A stretch of 64,000 bases of DNA, from assembly GCF_009914755.1 (NCBI RefSeq), contig NC_060929.1; one strand, written 5' to 3'. The notes beneath the pieces are model-generated. The model was given only the letters and a program-made list of their open reading frames with translations. It did not search any database and had not been told where the DNA came from. The DNA is from the human T2T-CHM13v2.0 reference genome, Homo sapiens. The position numbers and the translations under genes were made by a program. Below are positions 12,810 through 25,106 of the stretch, piece by piece; position 1 is the first letter of the stretch; each line of letters opens with the position of its first letter.

Positions 12810-13000
12810 TAAACACTGACATAGTGCTACTGTGTTTCAGGCTTTGTTCTAAGAACTTCACATACATAAATTCCAGGAACTTCAAAACAACCCTATGGGG
12901 TAAACACTATTACTATCTACTTTTTAAGAAATAAACAAATTGAGGCACAGAATGGCTAAGTAACTGGCTTTAGGAAGGAATTTTAACTTAGGCAGTTGGT
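12810..13000 (-). mobile_element. MIR SINE
   Basis: 'caaaacaaccctatgggg...aaacaaattgaggcacagaatggctaagtaactggc'. Confidence 0.7.
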
Positions 13001-13045
13001 TTTTACTTATTATGCAATATCACTATGCTTAAAAGAAAACCATTA

Positions 13046-13357
13046 GGGTGGGTGCAGTGGCTCATGCCTGTAATCCCAGCACTCTGGGAGGCCAAGGCAG
13101 GCGGATCACCTGAGGTCAGGAGTTCGAGACTAACCTGGCCAATGTGGCAAAACCCCACCTCACCTAAAACTGCAAAAATTACCCAGGCGTGGTGGCACAT
13201 GCCTGGAGTCCCAGCTACTCAGGAGGCTGAGGCAGGAGAATCGCTTGAGCCCGGGAGGCAGAGGTTGCAGTGAGCCGAGATTTAGCTACTGCACTGCAAC
13301 CTGGGTGACAGAGTGAGACTCCGTCTCAAAAAACAAAACAAAACAAAACAGAAAGAA
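13046..13357 (+). mobile_element. AluS element, full length with (CAAAA)n tail
   Basis: 'ggtgcagtggctcatgcctgtaatcccagcac...cacctgaggtcaggagttcgagac...gagactccgtctcaaaaaa'. Confidence 0.97.
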
Positions 13358-13563
<206 letters not shown>

Positions 13564-13584
<21 letters not shown>

Positions 13585-13652
13585 TGAGAAGGAAGGAAGA
13601 AAGGAAGGAAGGATGGATGGAGAAAGAAAAGAAAAAAGAAAAGAAAAGAAAG
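13564..13652 (+). repeat. GA-rich low-complexity/microsatellite derived from Alu tail
   Basis: (GAAA), (GA), (GGAA) and (GAAAA) runs. Confidence 0.9.
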
Positions 13653-15544
13653 GCGTTGACATACACAGGTATGACTTTCAAAGAAGGATCTTTTCAGGAA
13701 TGAAACACACCTGCCATGGACTTAGGGCACCTCACCTGGCTATGTCCCCTACACTGAGCTCAACAGCAGAGAAAATCTGAATGATCATCATGGATGCATC
13801 CATTTGTAGGCGTCCTTGTTTCTGGAATCTCACACACTGTGAGAGTGGATTTATGACTATTTCTTGAACTATATGAAGGGCTTAATTTTCAAGCGTGAAT
13901 AATGTACAATTCAGGAGAAACATATTCATACTGGGAAAATCCTGAAAGATAATAAGGTTTTAAAAAAATTAGCATAGCTACTCTCAAAGTTAGAAAAGAG
14001 AAAGTTTCTTGCTATTTGCATTTATAATAGTTTGTCTCATCTGAAACGTAAACCATTTTGGTTTGGTACCCTCCTTTGCCCCCACCATTAGTGAAAAAGA
14101 GAATCACTGATTTGTATATAAAGAAAGGAAATAAGGGAGAGAGGGAAAAAAGATAGACAGGAGGAGGAAGTAAGTGGAGAAAGGAAAATGAAGTAGCTTT
14201 TTTTCTGAGAGTGAACTATGACAGCACGGAAATGGGAATATAACTGAGCACCTGAAATTATCTGCCCTTGTTGATTAAACAAACAATTCCCTTTCGTCAA
14301 GTGATTATTTTTACCTTTATAGAAAATGTTTGTTTTAAGATTTGCAATAAATGTAACCTTCCCTAAGTCTTAGAATGGTATGTCCTAGGGTGACCTTCAG
14401 AATTTGTTTGCAACCAGTTTGACCAGGGCCCCAATCAAGTGAGAGCAGAATTCTCCCTGGTAAATAGAATTCAGGCAAACTCACAGGATCTTATCCTGGG
14501 ATGTCATTAATCTGGAGTTTTAAAATGAGACCAATGGGAAAATAATATGGCAACATATCACTTCTCTCAGATCATTTTTTTTCTAGAATTTAAATATTCT
14601 AAAACATAGCCAAGAACCAGCAAGGCTCAGCAAAAAGACCACTGAGCAGCTAAAAGTACATAGAAGAAAGTCTGCGTATCAAAGTTCACACACTTTGCTC
14701 ATAGAAGAGTTTATACAAGATAGCCTATGCCAGTGGTTTTGACTTTAAAACCACTGTTAATATTTGCCTTGTTTTCATCAATCAGCAGACTGGAAACTGC
14801 AAATGGAAACTACAGGGGAAAGGATTACTACTGGAGATAGTACACAGTGACAACAGCAAAAAGAGGCAAGAAAACAAAAGAGTAGAAAAAAAAAACAACA
14901 ACCAGACAGTAACTCTAAACACACAAGGATCTGGGGTCATTGGATGCAGGGGCAGATAGCCCTGTACATCCCAATCAACCCCCCACAGGGCAGAGCATCA
15001 TTACAATTACACATACTAATGACTGCACCACCAAGAAAAGATGAATTTGTGTTCTGGGTAGAAAAGAAAAATCAGACAAGGAGGAATGCAATGAACAGAA
15101 AATTTTATATACGATTAAGTGGTCTTCTTCTGCTATCACCACCACCATCTACTATCAAACCGATTAAAATTAAAAACAACAACCACTCTAGGTAATCCCT
15201 AAAAGAATGGCTTGTTATGTATAAATGCCTCTCAGAGTATGAAATAGATAATGTTATTACTGTGTTTATCAGTATGTTCACATATAAACAAGAATAGATT
15301 GTTCCATAGAATAAAGGAAATGGTACATTCCATGAGAATGCTGATTTTCAGTGAATTAATAATCATAATGAGGGAGACAACTGTATTTTCCAAAATTCCA
15401 GGGAGGCTGAACAATCCAATCACTTAGTTCAAGCTGCTCTCCACCCTAGAAGCAGTTGAACAGGACGGGGAAAGACTGGGTTGCACTTTCCAGGGATGGG
15501 GCTGCCTGGGTCGTGAGTTGCATGTTGCAAGCCTCCCCTTTTGG

Positions 15545-15615
15545 AAGACAGCGGGGTCTGGCCGCGGGGGCGGGGAGGCAAAATGACGGAAGTCAGTGAG
15601 GGACAAGACCCGGTC
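15545..15615. promoter_or_regulatory. Candidate promoter/enhancer motif cluster (GC box, YY1-like/ETS)
   Basis: GGGGCGGGG at 15567-15575, CAAAATGACGGAAGT containing ETS core CGGAAGT at 15587-15593, locally retained CpGs. Confidence 0.4.
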
Positions 15616-15959
15616 TCTCATCAATTGTGAGTCTCTAATCAAGTTACCAGATTCACAATATTCTTGTGAGAGGTTGGGATTTTTTTAGGTGCAGAAAATG
15701 GTTAAGGACTTGAGGTCTATGTACTAGCTCGCTGGGCACTAAATTAACCTAAGACTCTTAGATTTAGAAGAATTGGAAGAAATCATTAGAAAATAAGGTT
15801 ATGAATTTGCAGGAAATGTAAAAATAAGTGATGGGCTTCAGAATTTAGGGCTTTGAACAAATTTACCTAAATCTCTGAGGAAACCCAGGAGAAATCTGGA
15901 TTTCTCTCTCTGTCTCTCCTATGTATGTTTGCATGTATATGTTTACATTTTTTAATGAC

Positions 15960-16125
15960 TAATAGTTATTGTGTACCTACTGAGTAATGTGTTATGCTGA
16001 GTGGTTTCACATTCATGATTTTATTTAATCCTTAAACCAACTTTTGTGAGGTAGGAATTATGACAATGAGGAAATTGATGCTCAGAGAGGTTAATTAACT
16101 TACCCAATGTAAAAGTCACACAGCC
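15960..16125 (-). mobile_element. MIR SINE
   Basis: 'ttatttaatccttaaaccaacttttgtgaggtagg...tgaggaaattgatgctcagagaggttaattaacttaccc'. Confidence 0.75.
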
Positions 16126-18002
16126 AAAAAGAGAGCAGTTATTATAAAATATTCATCCTATGAAGCCCCAGGTGAATTTTCATGCACTAGGAAAAGCTGT
16201 TCTTATTTTTAAGCCTACGTTCCCTCAAACAGCCAGGGTGTCTGTCTTCTGGTTGTCAAGTTACTAAACCTTGGCAACAATGAAGGAGAATTTTAATGTT
16301 CCAAGATTTCAATAGATCTGGAGTTTCTGTGGGAAATTGAAGACGCAGTTTCCATGCAGGACAAGGAGGACAGCCATATCTTGTAGATTTAAGGCATTTA
16401 CCGTGTATATGTGTTAGGAGTCGTTTTCTTCTGCTATCACCACCGCCAGAGATAAAGAATGAATGATACCGAGTTTGCAGGGCTGATATCCATCTGCAGC
16501 GGTATGCATTCCAGCCTCACAGGAATAAATACAAGGATGTGCTGATAATTACGCCTTGATACACGACAGAGGATATAAAAATGCTTTCTCAATTTGTCTA
16601 GCGCACGGTGAATAATAAGGTTGTCCATGTGTTTATAGGAGGCAGAGTACTTAAAGCTCTATTGTTATTTCCACAGGAAAACAACTTTGAGAAAAGCATG
16701 TTTTCTGTGTTAACCTAGGAATGTATGTTTATCTCACAGTGCCTTGCTTGCCTTTTCTTTTCTAACCTGCATAAATTCCTTGAATTTAAATTCGACAGAG
16801 ACACTCTACCTTCACTTTGAAATGAGAGAGCTGCACAGAATGTCAAACAGAGCCAACATTTCCTGACTTCTGACCCAGCTCAGGGTATTTTTTTTTTCTT
16901 TACATGACTCAGACAGGCTCTTGGAAGCCTAGAGATAAAAGGCCCTATTAGAAGTGCAAAATATGACTATTATTACCTCCTTTAATAAGGCTTCTTGCCA
17001 ATTTTTCAAATGACTAGAGTCTGTTTGCTAATTATTACTCCACAGTTTCTGCATTCATTTTCTTTCCCTGAAGGAGCCTGATTCCAATGAAGATGAAGGA
17101 AAGTGCTAAAAAGTGTGTTTACTGCCATCTATGGGATGCAGCCGGGCTATCAGGGCAGCGGAGTTCCTTCCCATGTAACACACGGGAAACTGCAGTTCCA
17201 AGGCCACGCAGAAAAGCTCATGCATTGCAAGCACTCCACGTGAAAATACCATTGGAAAATCATTTGTTTAAAGTTTTCCAGAAATAAGAGTTCATATTGC
17301 TACTCCATAATGAGGGAGCAAATTTTCCTGTATTTAAGGCAATTATGTTTATATTTACAGTAACATGTCGGCCCTGGGCTCTACTCACAACTAGGGCTTC
17401 CAGCCTATGATTAACCTCAAATGTTCTAGCAGGAATACTAGAAGTAAAAATTCATTGGCTAGACCACTCTGAATATTCTGAAGAAGGTCAAGGACCAGAA
17501 AATAAAGGCTCCTGAGTGACCAAATAGATGTGTAAAGTATATGTGCTGTGGTCTATGAATTTGACTCATGAATCAGTCAAATTTCCAGTCTATTATAGCA
17601 AATTTTACTGTTTTAGTATCAGAAACCCTTAGTATCAAAGGCATCAAATTACAAGAAGAAGGCAGAGGCTTTGAAAGACAAACGCTTAAGAGAACCAAGA
17701 AAGGATGGTGTATATCCTAAACCCTGGGGAGAGAAAAGGGAACTATGAAAAAAGAGATACAAGATCTCAAAGGAGCAAAGCAGTTTGGACAATTGTGGTA
17801 TAATGTAGCAATCTATGTTCACATTAATGACTCAATTCTCAAATAATGGTTAAATTTTGTTAGGTTTACCTAGTCATTAGTATGAAAAGACCAAGGGATA
17901 CATAGTGCACAGAAAGAGAAATATACATGGCCCTTAATATCTGAAAAGATGCTCATAAACCTCACTCATATTAAGAGAGCTGCAGATTAAAAGTAATGAG
18001 AT

Positions 18003-18990
18003 AAAGACAAATTACATACTGGGAGAAAATATTTGCAAAACCAAGATAAGGGACTTGTATTCAAAATATACAAATAATTCTTAAAACTAAACAATGAGAA
18101 AATGAACAACATAATTAAAAGGTAGGCAAAAGATCTGAAGACACCTCACCAAAGTAGATGGCAAGCAAGCATATGAAAAGGTGCTCAGTGTCATTAGAAA
18201 AATGTAAATTAAAATGTGCAGCGATATCAATGAGATATCACTGCACATCTATCAGGAGGGCTAAAATCCAAAATGTTGACAGCACTAAACGCTGACAAGA
18301 ATGTGAAGCAACAGGAACTCTCATTCAGTGCTGTTGGGAATTCGAAATGGTATAGCCACCTTGGAAAACAGTTTGGCAGTTTCTCACAAAGCTAAACACA
18401 GCCTTACCATGCAATCCAGCAAACATGCTCCTGGAGTTTTATCCAAATGAGTTGAAAACTTATGTCCACATAAAAAACTGCACGTGAATGTTTATAACAG
18501 CTTTATTCATAATTGCCCCAAATTGGAAGCAACAAAGATGTGCTTTAAAAGGTTAATGGATAAACCAACTGTGGTACATCCAGGCAGTGGAATATTATTC
18601 AACACTAAAAAGAAATGAGCTGTTAAGCCATGTAAAGGCATGGAGGAAACTTAAATGTATATTACTAAGTGAAAGAAGCCAGTTTGAAAAGGCTCTATAC
18701 TGTATGATTCTAACTATACAACATCTTGGAAAAGGCAAAACAATGAAGACAGTAAAAAGATCAGTGGCTGCCAGGGGTTCTAGAGAAGAGTGCAAAGGAG
18801 GAATGAAAAGGTGGAGCACAGGGGACTTTCAGAGCAGCAAAGATATTCTGTATGCTACTATAATGGTGGAAACACGTTATTATACTTGTCCAAACCCATA
18901 CAATGTATAATACCAACAGTGAACCCTACTGTAGTTAAAATAACATATCAACATTGGTTTATCAATTGTAACAAATGTACCACACTAAAG
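18003..18990 (+). mobile_element. L1MC/L1MD-type LINE, ORF2 C-terminus and 3' UTR
   Basis: 'actgggagaaaatatttgcaa', 'ccaccttggaaaacagtttggcagtttct', 'aaacccatacaatgtataa...atcaattgtaacaaatgtaccacactaa'; ORF 18587 (MEYYSTLKRNE) is the L1 ORF2 tail. Confidence 0.9.
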
Positions 18991-19169
18991 AAAATGGAGG
19001 ATGGACAAAAAGTTACAAGAAAAATGAAAATGGCAAGAAAGCAAGCAAGCAAGTTTTACAATCCTCATGTTAGACAAAGTAAAATTCAAACCAAAGCATA
19101 TTAGAAGCACAGAGAAGGACAGTTTATAAAAGCCACATTCCATAATAAAAATATATTTTAAAAAATTAA

Positions 19170-19840
19170 ATGCACTAGTATCCTCTACTCACTGATTAAC
19201 AACAATTTTAAAGAAAATTTGGTTGTATATTGTATTGATGACAGTGTGGGGAAACAAGTCCCCTCATACAGTGATAGCAAGAGAAAGAAATTGATGCAAA
19301 CTATGAAAGGTGGTGTGATAATAGTTATCACAATGACAAAGACACATAACCCTTCTTGGAGACAGCGATTCTCTTCTGGAAATTTAACCTATAAACATAT
19401 TCGAATGTGTGCAAAATGGAGTAAATACAAAGATTAAAACTGTAGCATTTTTTTATAATAGCAAAAGATTGAAAATAACTAGATGCCCATCAGTAGGAGA
19501 TTGCTTTATTAAATAATGCTGCATCCATACAATGGACCAGATGTTGCCTTTATATAGAATGAGGCGGCTTTTTGTGTATTGATGAAAAATGATGATCAGT
19601 ACATAAGTCCTTAAAAACAAGGTGTAGTAGAGCACCATGGCATGTCACCTTTGGGCTTGTATACATATAGACTATCACAGGAAGGATATGCCTGTAGCCT
19701 GGTAATGTTGACGCCAGTAGCCTCTGTTAGGGATGGGGAAGTGAGGGCCATAGTGCTGGGATAGAGAGAAGACTTAATGATCACTCTCTACCCTTTTGTT
19801 TCTATCCTGGAAAAAAATGCTAAAAAATAATTTTAAAATA
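19170..19840 (+). mobile_element. Older L1ME 3' fragment
   Basis: 'tttataatagcaaaagattgaaaataactagatgcccatcagtagg...catccatacaatgga'; likely continues the fragment at ~17900-18000. Confidence 0.65.
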
Positions 19841-20429
19841 AAGAAGGCAAGAGGGTGTATAATAAACTTTGGGATGTTTCCATTTACTCTTTTAAAAATG
19901 TTGATCTTTAAAATGTTGGTTAGCTCTAGTTATCTGGACAATTTAATTATGTGGAACACCTCATTTCCTGACAGTGCTGAATGGATAAGGCATTACTCTG
20001 GTTTGCTGACTTATGCACAATTACAGAGTTAACATTATCATCATAGCACAAAAGAGACTGGAATTTAGAACAAAGGATGGGGATACTTTTCAACAAAGGC
20101 ATTAAGGCAGAAGGAGAGCAGAGAAAATGGAGAGTCTGTAATTCTCACACTGACGGAGGGATGGAGGCAGAATGAACAAAATCTATGAGCTTTGGTGAAG
20201 TGCCGTGCTTCTGCGCCTCACAGGCAAGGCTCTGTCCACACAACAGCACAGCTGGCTGCTGCCTTCCTGGGAAGCAGCCCTGACAAGGAGAAGAGGTGTT
20301 TGGAGGGATTGTAAAGAAGGCAGGGAGCCTAAATCCTGGCATCAGCTGCAGGCACGCACAGGACTCAGGCATGTAAGCATGCCCACCATACACTAACTCA
20401 AGTGTCAAGCAACTGCCTTGACAGAATAG

Positions 20430-20740
20430 AGCAGAAGTTGACCATCAGGCAGATGGAGATTGCAGAATTATTCCTCTAGCATGTTTTTAAAATATAGATG
20501 TTTCATGTAACAATTCTTGTTTTTAGCTTTGTTTAAAAAATTGGAAAATCTAACAATATGATGCCTACTTTCCTCACATGTTAACAACACACTGGAGCAG
20601 AGGAGGGACTGTCTCCCTTTACATGGAACACCAGCTCAGCAGGTAACCGTGGTCCCCAGCACTCCCTCTCACCCTACACGTGGCCCACCTCACTCAAGTA
20701 CTTGCTGGCCTGTATAGGCATTTTAATTTGCAAATCCTAG
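20430..20740. mobile_element. MER102-like hAT-Charlie DNA transposon fragment
   Basis: 'aaaaattggaaaatctaacaa...ctggagcagag...ggtccccagcactccct...taggcattttaatttgcaaatcct'. Confidence 0.55.
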
Positions 20741-20979
20741 ACTAGACTTGGAAAGGGTTGTTTTGGGGAATTGTCTCAGAAGTAGAAGATGCTTGAACAG
20801 ATTTTGAAAGGCAGAAGATAGTGGTTTTGGGGATTGGGTATGCAAGGCATTTTAGAATGAAGCTTCCTGGAAGACTGGAGTGTTTCCTCTTGTCCAAAAA
20901 TTGGGCCAAGCACAGGGCACCTGTGGTTTGGGGAGATGATGGATGATTTTGAGTGAGCAAGGTCCTAGTCATCTTAGTA

Positions 20980-21860
<881 letters not shown>

Positions 21861-22299
21861 TGGAGCAATCACCCCAAGGAAAGAGAAGGCAGAGCAACAC
21901 AGAAGGGAGGCAGTGAGAGAGTTAGCAGAGCCACCAGGGCCCACTGTTCTGTCCTTTCACCTGTCCACAACTAGCAGCAGAACACTGGTCGTAGCTCCTC
22001 CCCTCCTGACATCCTGCCACCACCCTCTCCTGTGTTTCTCTTTCATCTCCACCCTTGATGCTCCTGCTTCAGAGCTTTCCCCTACAGTAGAATGTGGAGG
22101 GACAGTGGCTGGCTCCCCTTCTCTTTTCCTACTCCTCCTGCAAACACACGCGCGCCCCTACACACACACCTCTGTGAGAGTGCACACGCACAGTGATTTC
22201 AGATAACTGCATGGGTAGGGATGGCTGTACAGGTGCAAAGAAGCAGGTGGAAGAGCTCTGCCAGGCTAGAGCAAAGCGCGTGGGCCTGAGCTGAGTGAA

Positions 22300-22720
22300 G
22301 CCGGCTGTTAGGTAAGGCAGCGCTAGTTGGTAGTGGGTCTTGAAGCCTGAGACTAGAGGAGTTTTAATATGATTTGGGAGACAACTGGGAGCCTTTATGG
22401 GCAAGCAAAGAGGAGAGCGATGTGATCTAAGTGACGCTGGAGGAAGATGATTCTCGATGATGTGTGTCCAATAGAGGAGAGGAGACCCCCAGGCTGCAGG
22501 AAGGGGAGCTAATTGGGAGGCAGGAGTCCAGGTGTGAAGTGATTATGGCTCGGACCGGAGCTGTGGGAAGGCTAAGGAAGACAGAAGAAGAAACGGCAGG
22601 ATTTAATGTTGAACTGAAAGTGCCTCTGGGGTTGTGCTGGGATGGGAGATGTGCTACAATTATGAGGAAATAAGATACTGGGAACTTGTTTAAGAGTAAA
22701 TGGGAACTAGAAAAGGATTT
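22300..22720 (-). mobile_element. Degraded L2 fragment
   Basis: 'gggagctaattgggaggcaggagtccaggtgtgaagtgattatggctcggacc'. Confidence 0.5.
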
Positions 22721-22929
22721 GGGCCAGCGAGATAGGAAGAACAAAGGTAGGAAGGCAGGGTGCCATTACACGGGAGTTGGTGCTAGAGCCAAGAGAAACA
22801 TTTAACAGCCCACCCGATACCATGCCTATGGGAAGCTGTTCCTCCCCTCCCCTCTTCTCCCACCTTGGATGGTCACTTTCTTCCATGTTTGTATCTGCTT
22901 CTATTCTCATATCAAGCACAAATGTGTGT

Positions 22930-23092
22930 TGTAATACGTCTTTGTCTGTCTATGCCTGCTACTAATCTGTGAGCTCCCTGAAGACAGAGGCCCTATTTTA
23001 CTCCCTTTCTACTCCCAGGGCTTAGTTAGCACAGGGACCAGCCCTTGGCTAGCACTCATCACGTTTTGGTGAATGAGGAAATAAATGAATGG
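22930..23092 (+). mobile_element. L2 3' end
   Basis: 'ctactaatctgtgagctccctgaagacagaggcc...tagcacagggacc...gaatgaggaaataaatgaatg'. Confidence 0.7.
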
Positions 23093-23614
23093 AAACTTTC
23101 CAGAGGTGTGCCGTTGAACCCCAGCCACCACACAACACTGTAAAACTTACAAATTTTGTGGCAGCTGCAGCATCCCTCAAACACTTGTGCAGATCAGGTT
23201 ACAGCTGAGAGCCTCACAAAACCCCAGCCATTGCAGCAATTGACAGGTGGTCCTAGATGTAAGACTGGGATTGCCAGACAGGAGGCTGGAGTAGTTAAGA
23301 TAGTGCTGGGGGGATTTGAGATCAAATTGCAGGGTTGTTTAAACACCTTAGGGTTACAAATGGGTTTTCACCCTTAAAATCCCATTTGCAAATATGTAGC
23401 CTTAAACTGTCCAAATAGTTATCTTAATGATGTTAAATCCCTGGGTTGGTAGAGGTCATAAGAAAGGCCTTGCATATTTTCATCCTGTTCCTTTCACTGA
23501 AATTACATTTGTGTTACAATGAAATGTGAAAACTGGAAAATACATAAAAACAAACCTTTCCCTACCACATGCTATGCCACCAGCCAATACCAACTAAATT
23601 TGCTAAACCTTCTA

Positions 23615-23775
23615 GATAACTACCATTTATTCAGCTTTTACTATGTGCCAATCACTGGGTTTTATACATCTTATAGTATAGCATTTAATATTCATAAGTG
23701 CATGAGATAGTCACTATTGCTCCCATTTTATAGATGAGCAATCTGAGGCTTAGGGAAGTTAAATTACTTGCCTAC
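23615..23775 (-). mobile_element. MIR SINE
   Basis: 'cccattttatagatgagcaatctgaggcttagggaagttaaattacttgcc'. Confidence 0.8.
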
Positions 23776-24619
23776 TGGGTGTGTGATATCATGAGCTCAT
23801 CATTTGGTTGTGCAACCTTCCAGCTGACAACAAGAGAGACAAGCCTGGGAAGGACTGAGAGGCACGGCTGCAAAGATAGCTGGGAATTTGTCAGGAAATG
23901 ATCACTAATGGGAACCATTGAGCAGCGCAGTCCTCCCAGAGAGCACGTGCAGAGGGAGAGAGAGTGCTCCGGACCGCAATTTAGAGTAGGACCCTGGGGA
24001 ACACCTTGGGAAATAGAAGAGAAGACAGCATGGGGCCAAATGACTTTTCCAAGGAACAGTTGGGAGGTCCACTCGAAGATCACAAGAGTCCCTCTGCAGC
24101 CTCAGCACACTGGTAGCAGGGCCCCTAGCTTCTGCCTCTATTTCTTCCCACCTATCCTTTTCCTATCCATTCTATCCCAATGTATAAATGATTAGATTGG
24201 ATGACAACAGTATTTTCAATTCTATCCATGGAAAGCAGCTTGTGATTTTAAAGGGAACATGGACTTTGGTGTTTGCTATACTTGGATTCAGATCCTAGCT
24301 CCATTCCTTGCTGGCAGTGTGGCCTTGGGGAGATACTCAGTCTTTTTGAAACTGCTTCCTTACTTACATCATGAGGTTAATGAACCTGCCTCACTAGCTT
24401 TACATTTGACAAGGGGATTTGTTAACAAATGTGAGGACTTCTGTTTTCAGAAATATGGCAGGCTAGATGTGCAGAAGCTGCTCCCGAGAAGTGACTCCCT
24501 AAGATCCTAGATGAAATGTAATAAGTACTTTTTAAAAGCATGGCTATTCTGGCAATAAAGTAAATAATTGAAGGTCAGAAGTGACAAAAAAGGAGAATTC
24601 CAAGAGATAAGCTAGTGAT

Positions 24620-25106
24620 GAGTAACAAATTATCCTAAAACTTAGTCTATTAAAATGATAAACATTTATTATCTCCTAGTTTCTGTGGGTTGGAAATTTG
24701 GGAGCTGTTTGGTTGGGTGGTTTTGGCTCAGAGGCTGCAGTCAAGATATTGGCCATGGCTAAGATCATCTGAAGGCTTTCTGGGGCTGGAAGATGTGCTT
24801 CCCAGATGGCACACTCACATGGCTTTTGGCAGGAGGCCTCAGATCCATGCCAAGGTGCCTCTCTATAGAGCTGATTGAGTGTCCTGACACTTTAGTAACT
24901 GGCTTCCCCCAGGATAAGCAATCCAAGGAGAGCAAGGAGAAGGCCCATAGTGTCTTGAAAGTTGCGTACCATGACTTCCACTATTTTCTATTCATTAGAA
25001 ACAAGTCATCAAGTTCAGCTCACACTCTAGGGGAGTGGAATTTAGTTTCCACTTTTTGAAGGGAGAAGTACTGGAGAATATGTAGATATATTTTAAAACC
25101 AGTACA
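24620..25106 (-). mobile_element. MLT1F/G/H-type MaLR LTR
   Basis: 'gtaacaaattatcctaaaacttagt...catttattatctc...tttctgtgggttggaaatttgggagc...cttccactattttctattcattagaaacaagtca...tttaaaaccagtaca'. Confidence 0.8.

Noticed and set aside
16438-16455. caccaccgccagagataa resembles phage lambda operator OL2
   Set aside because: Single short match with no flanking lambda or vector sequence; coincidence
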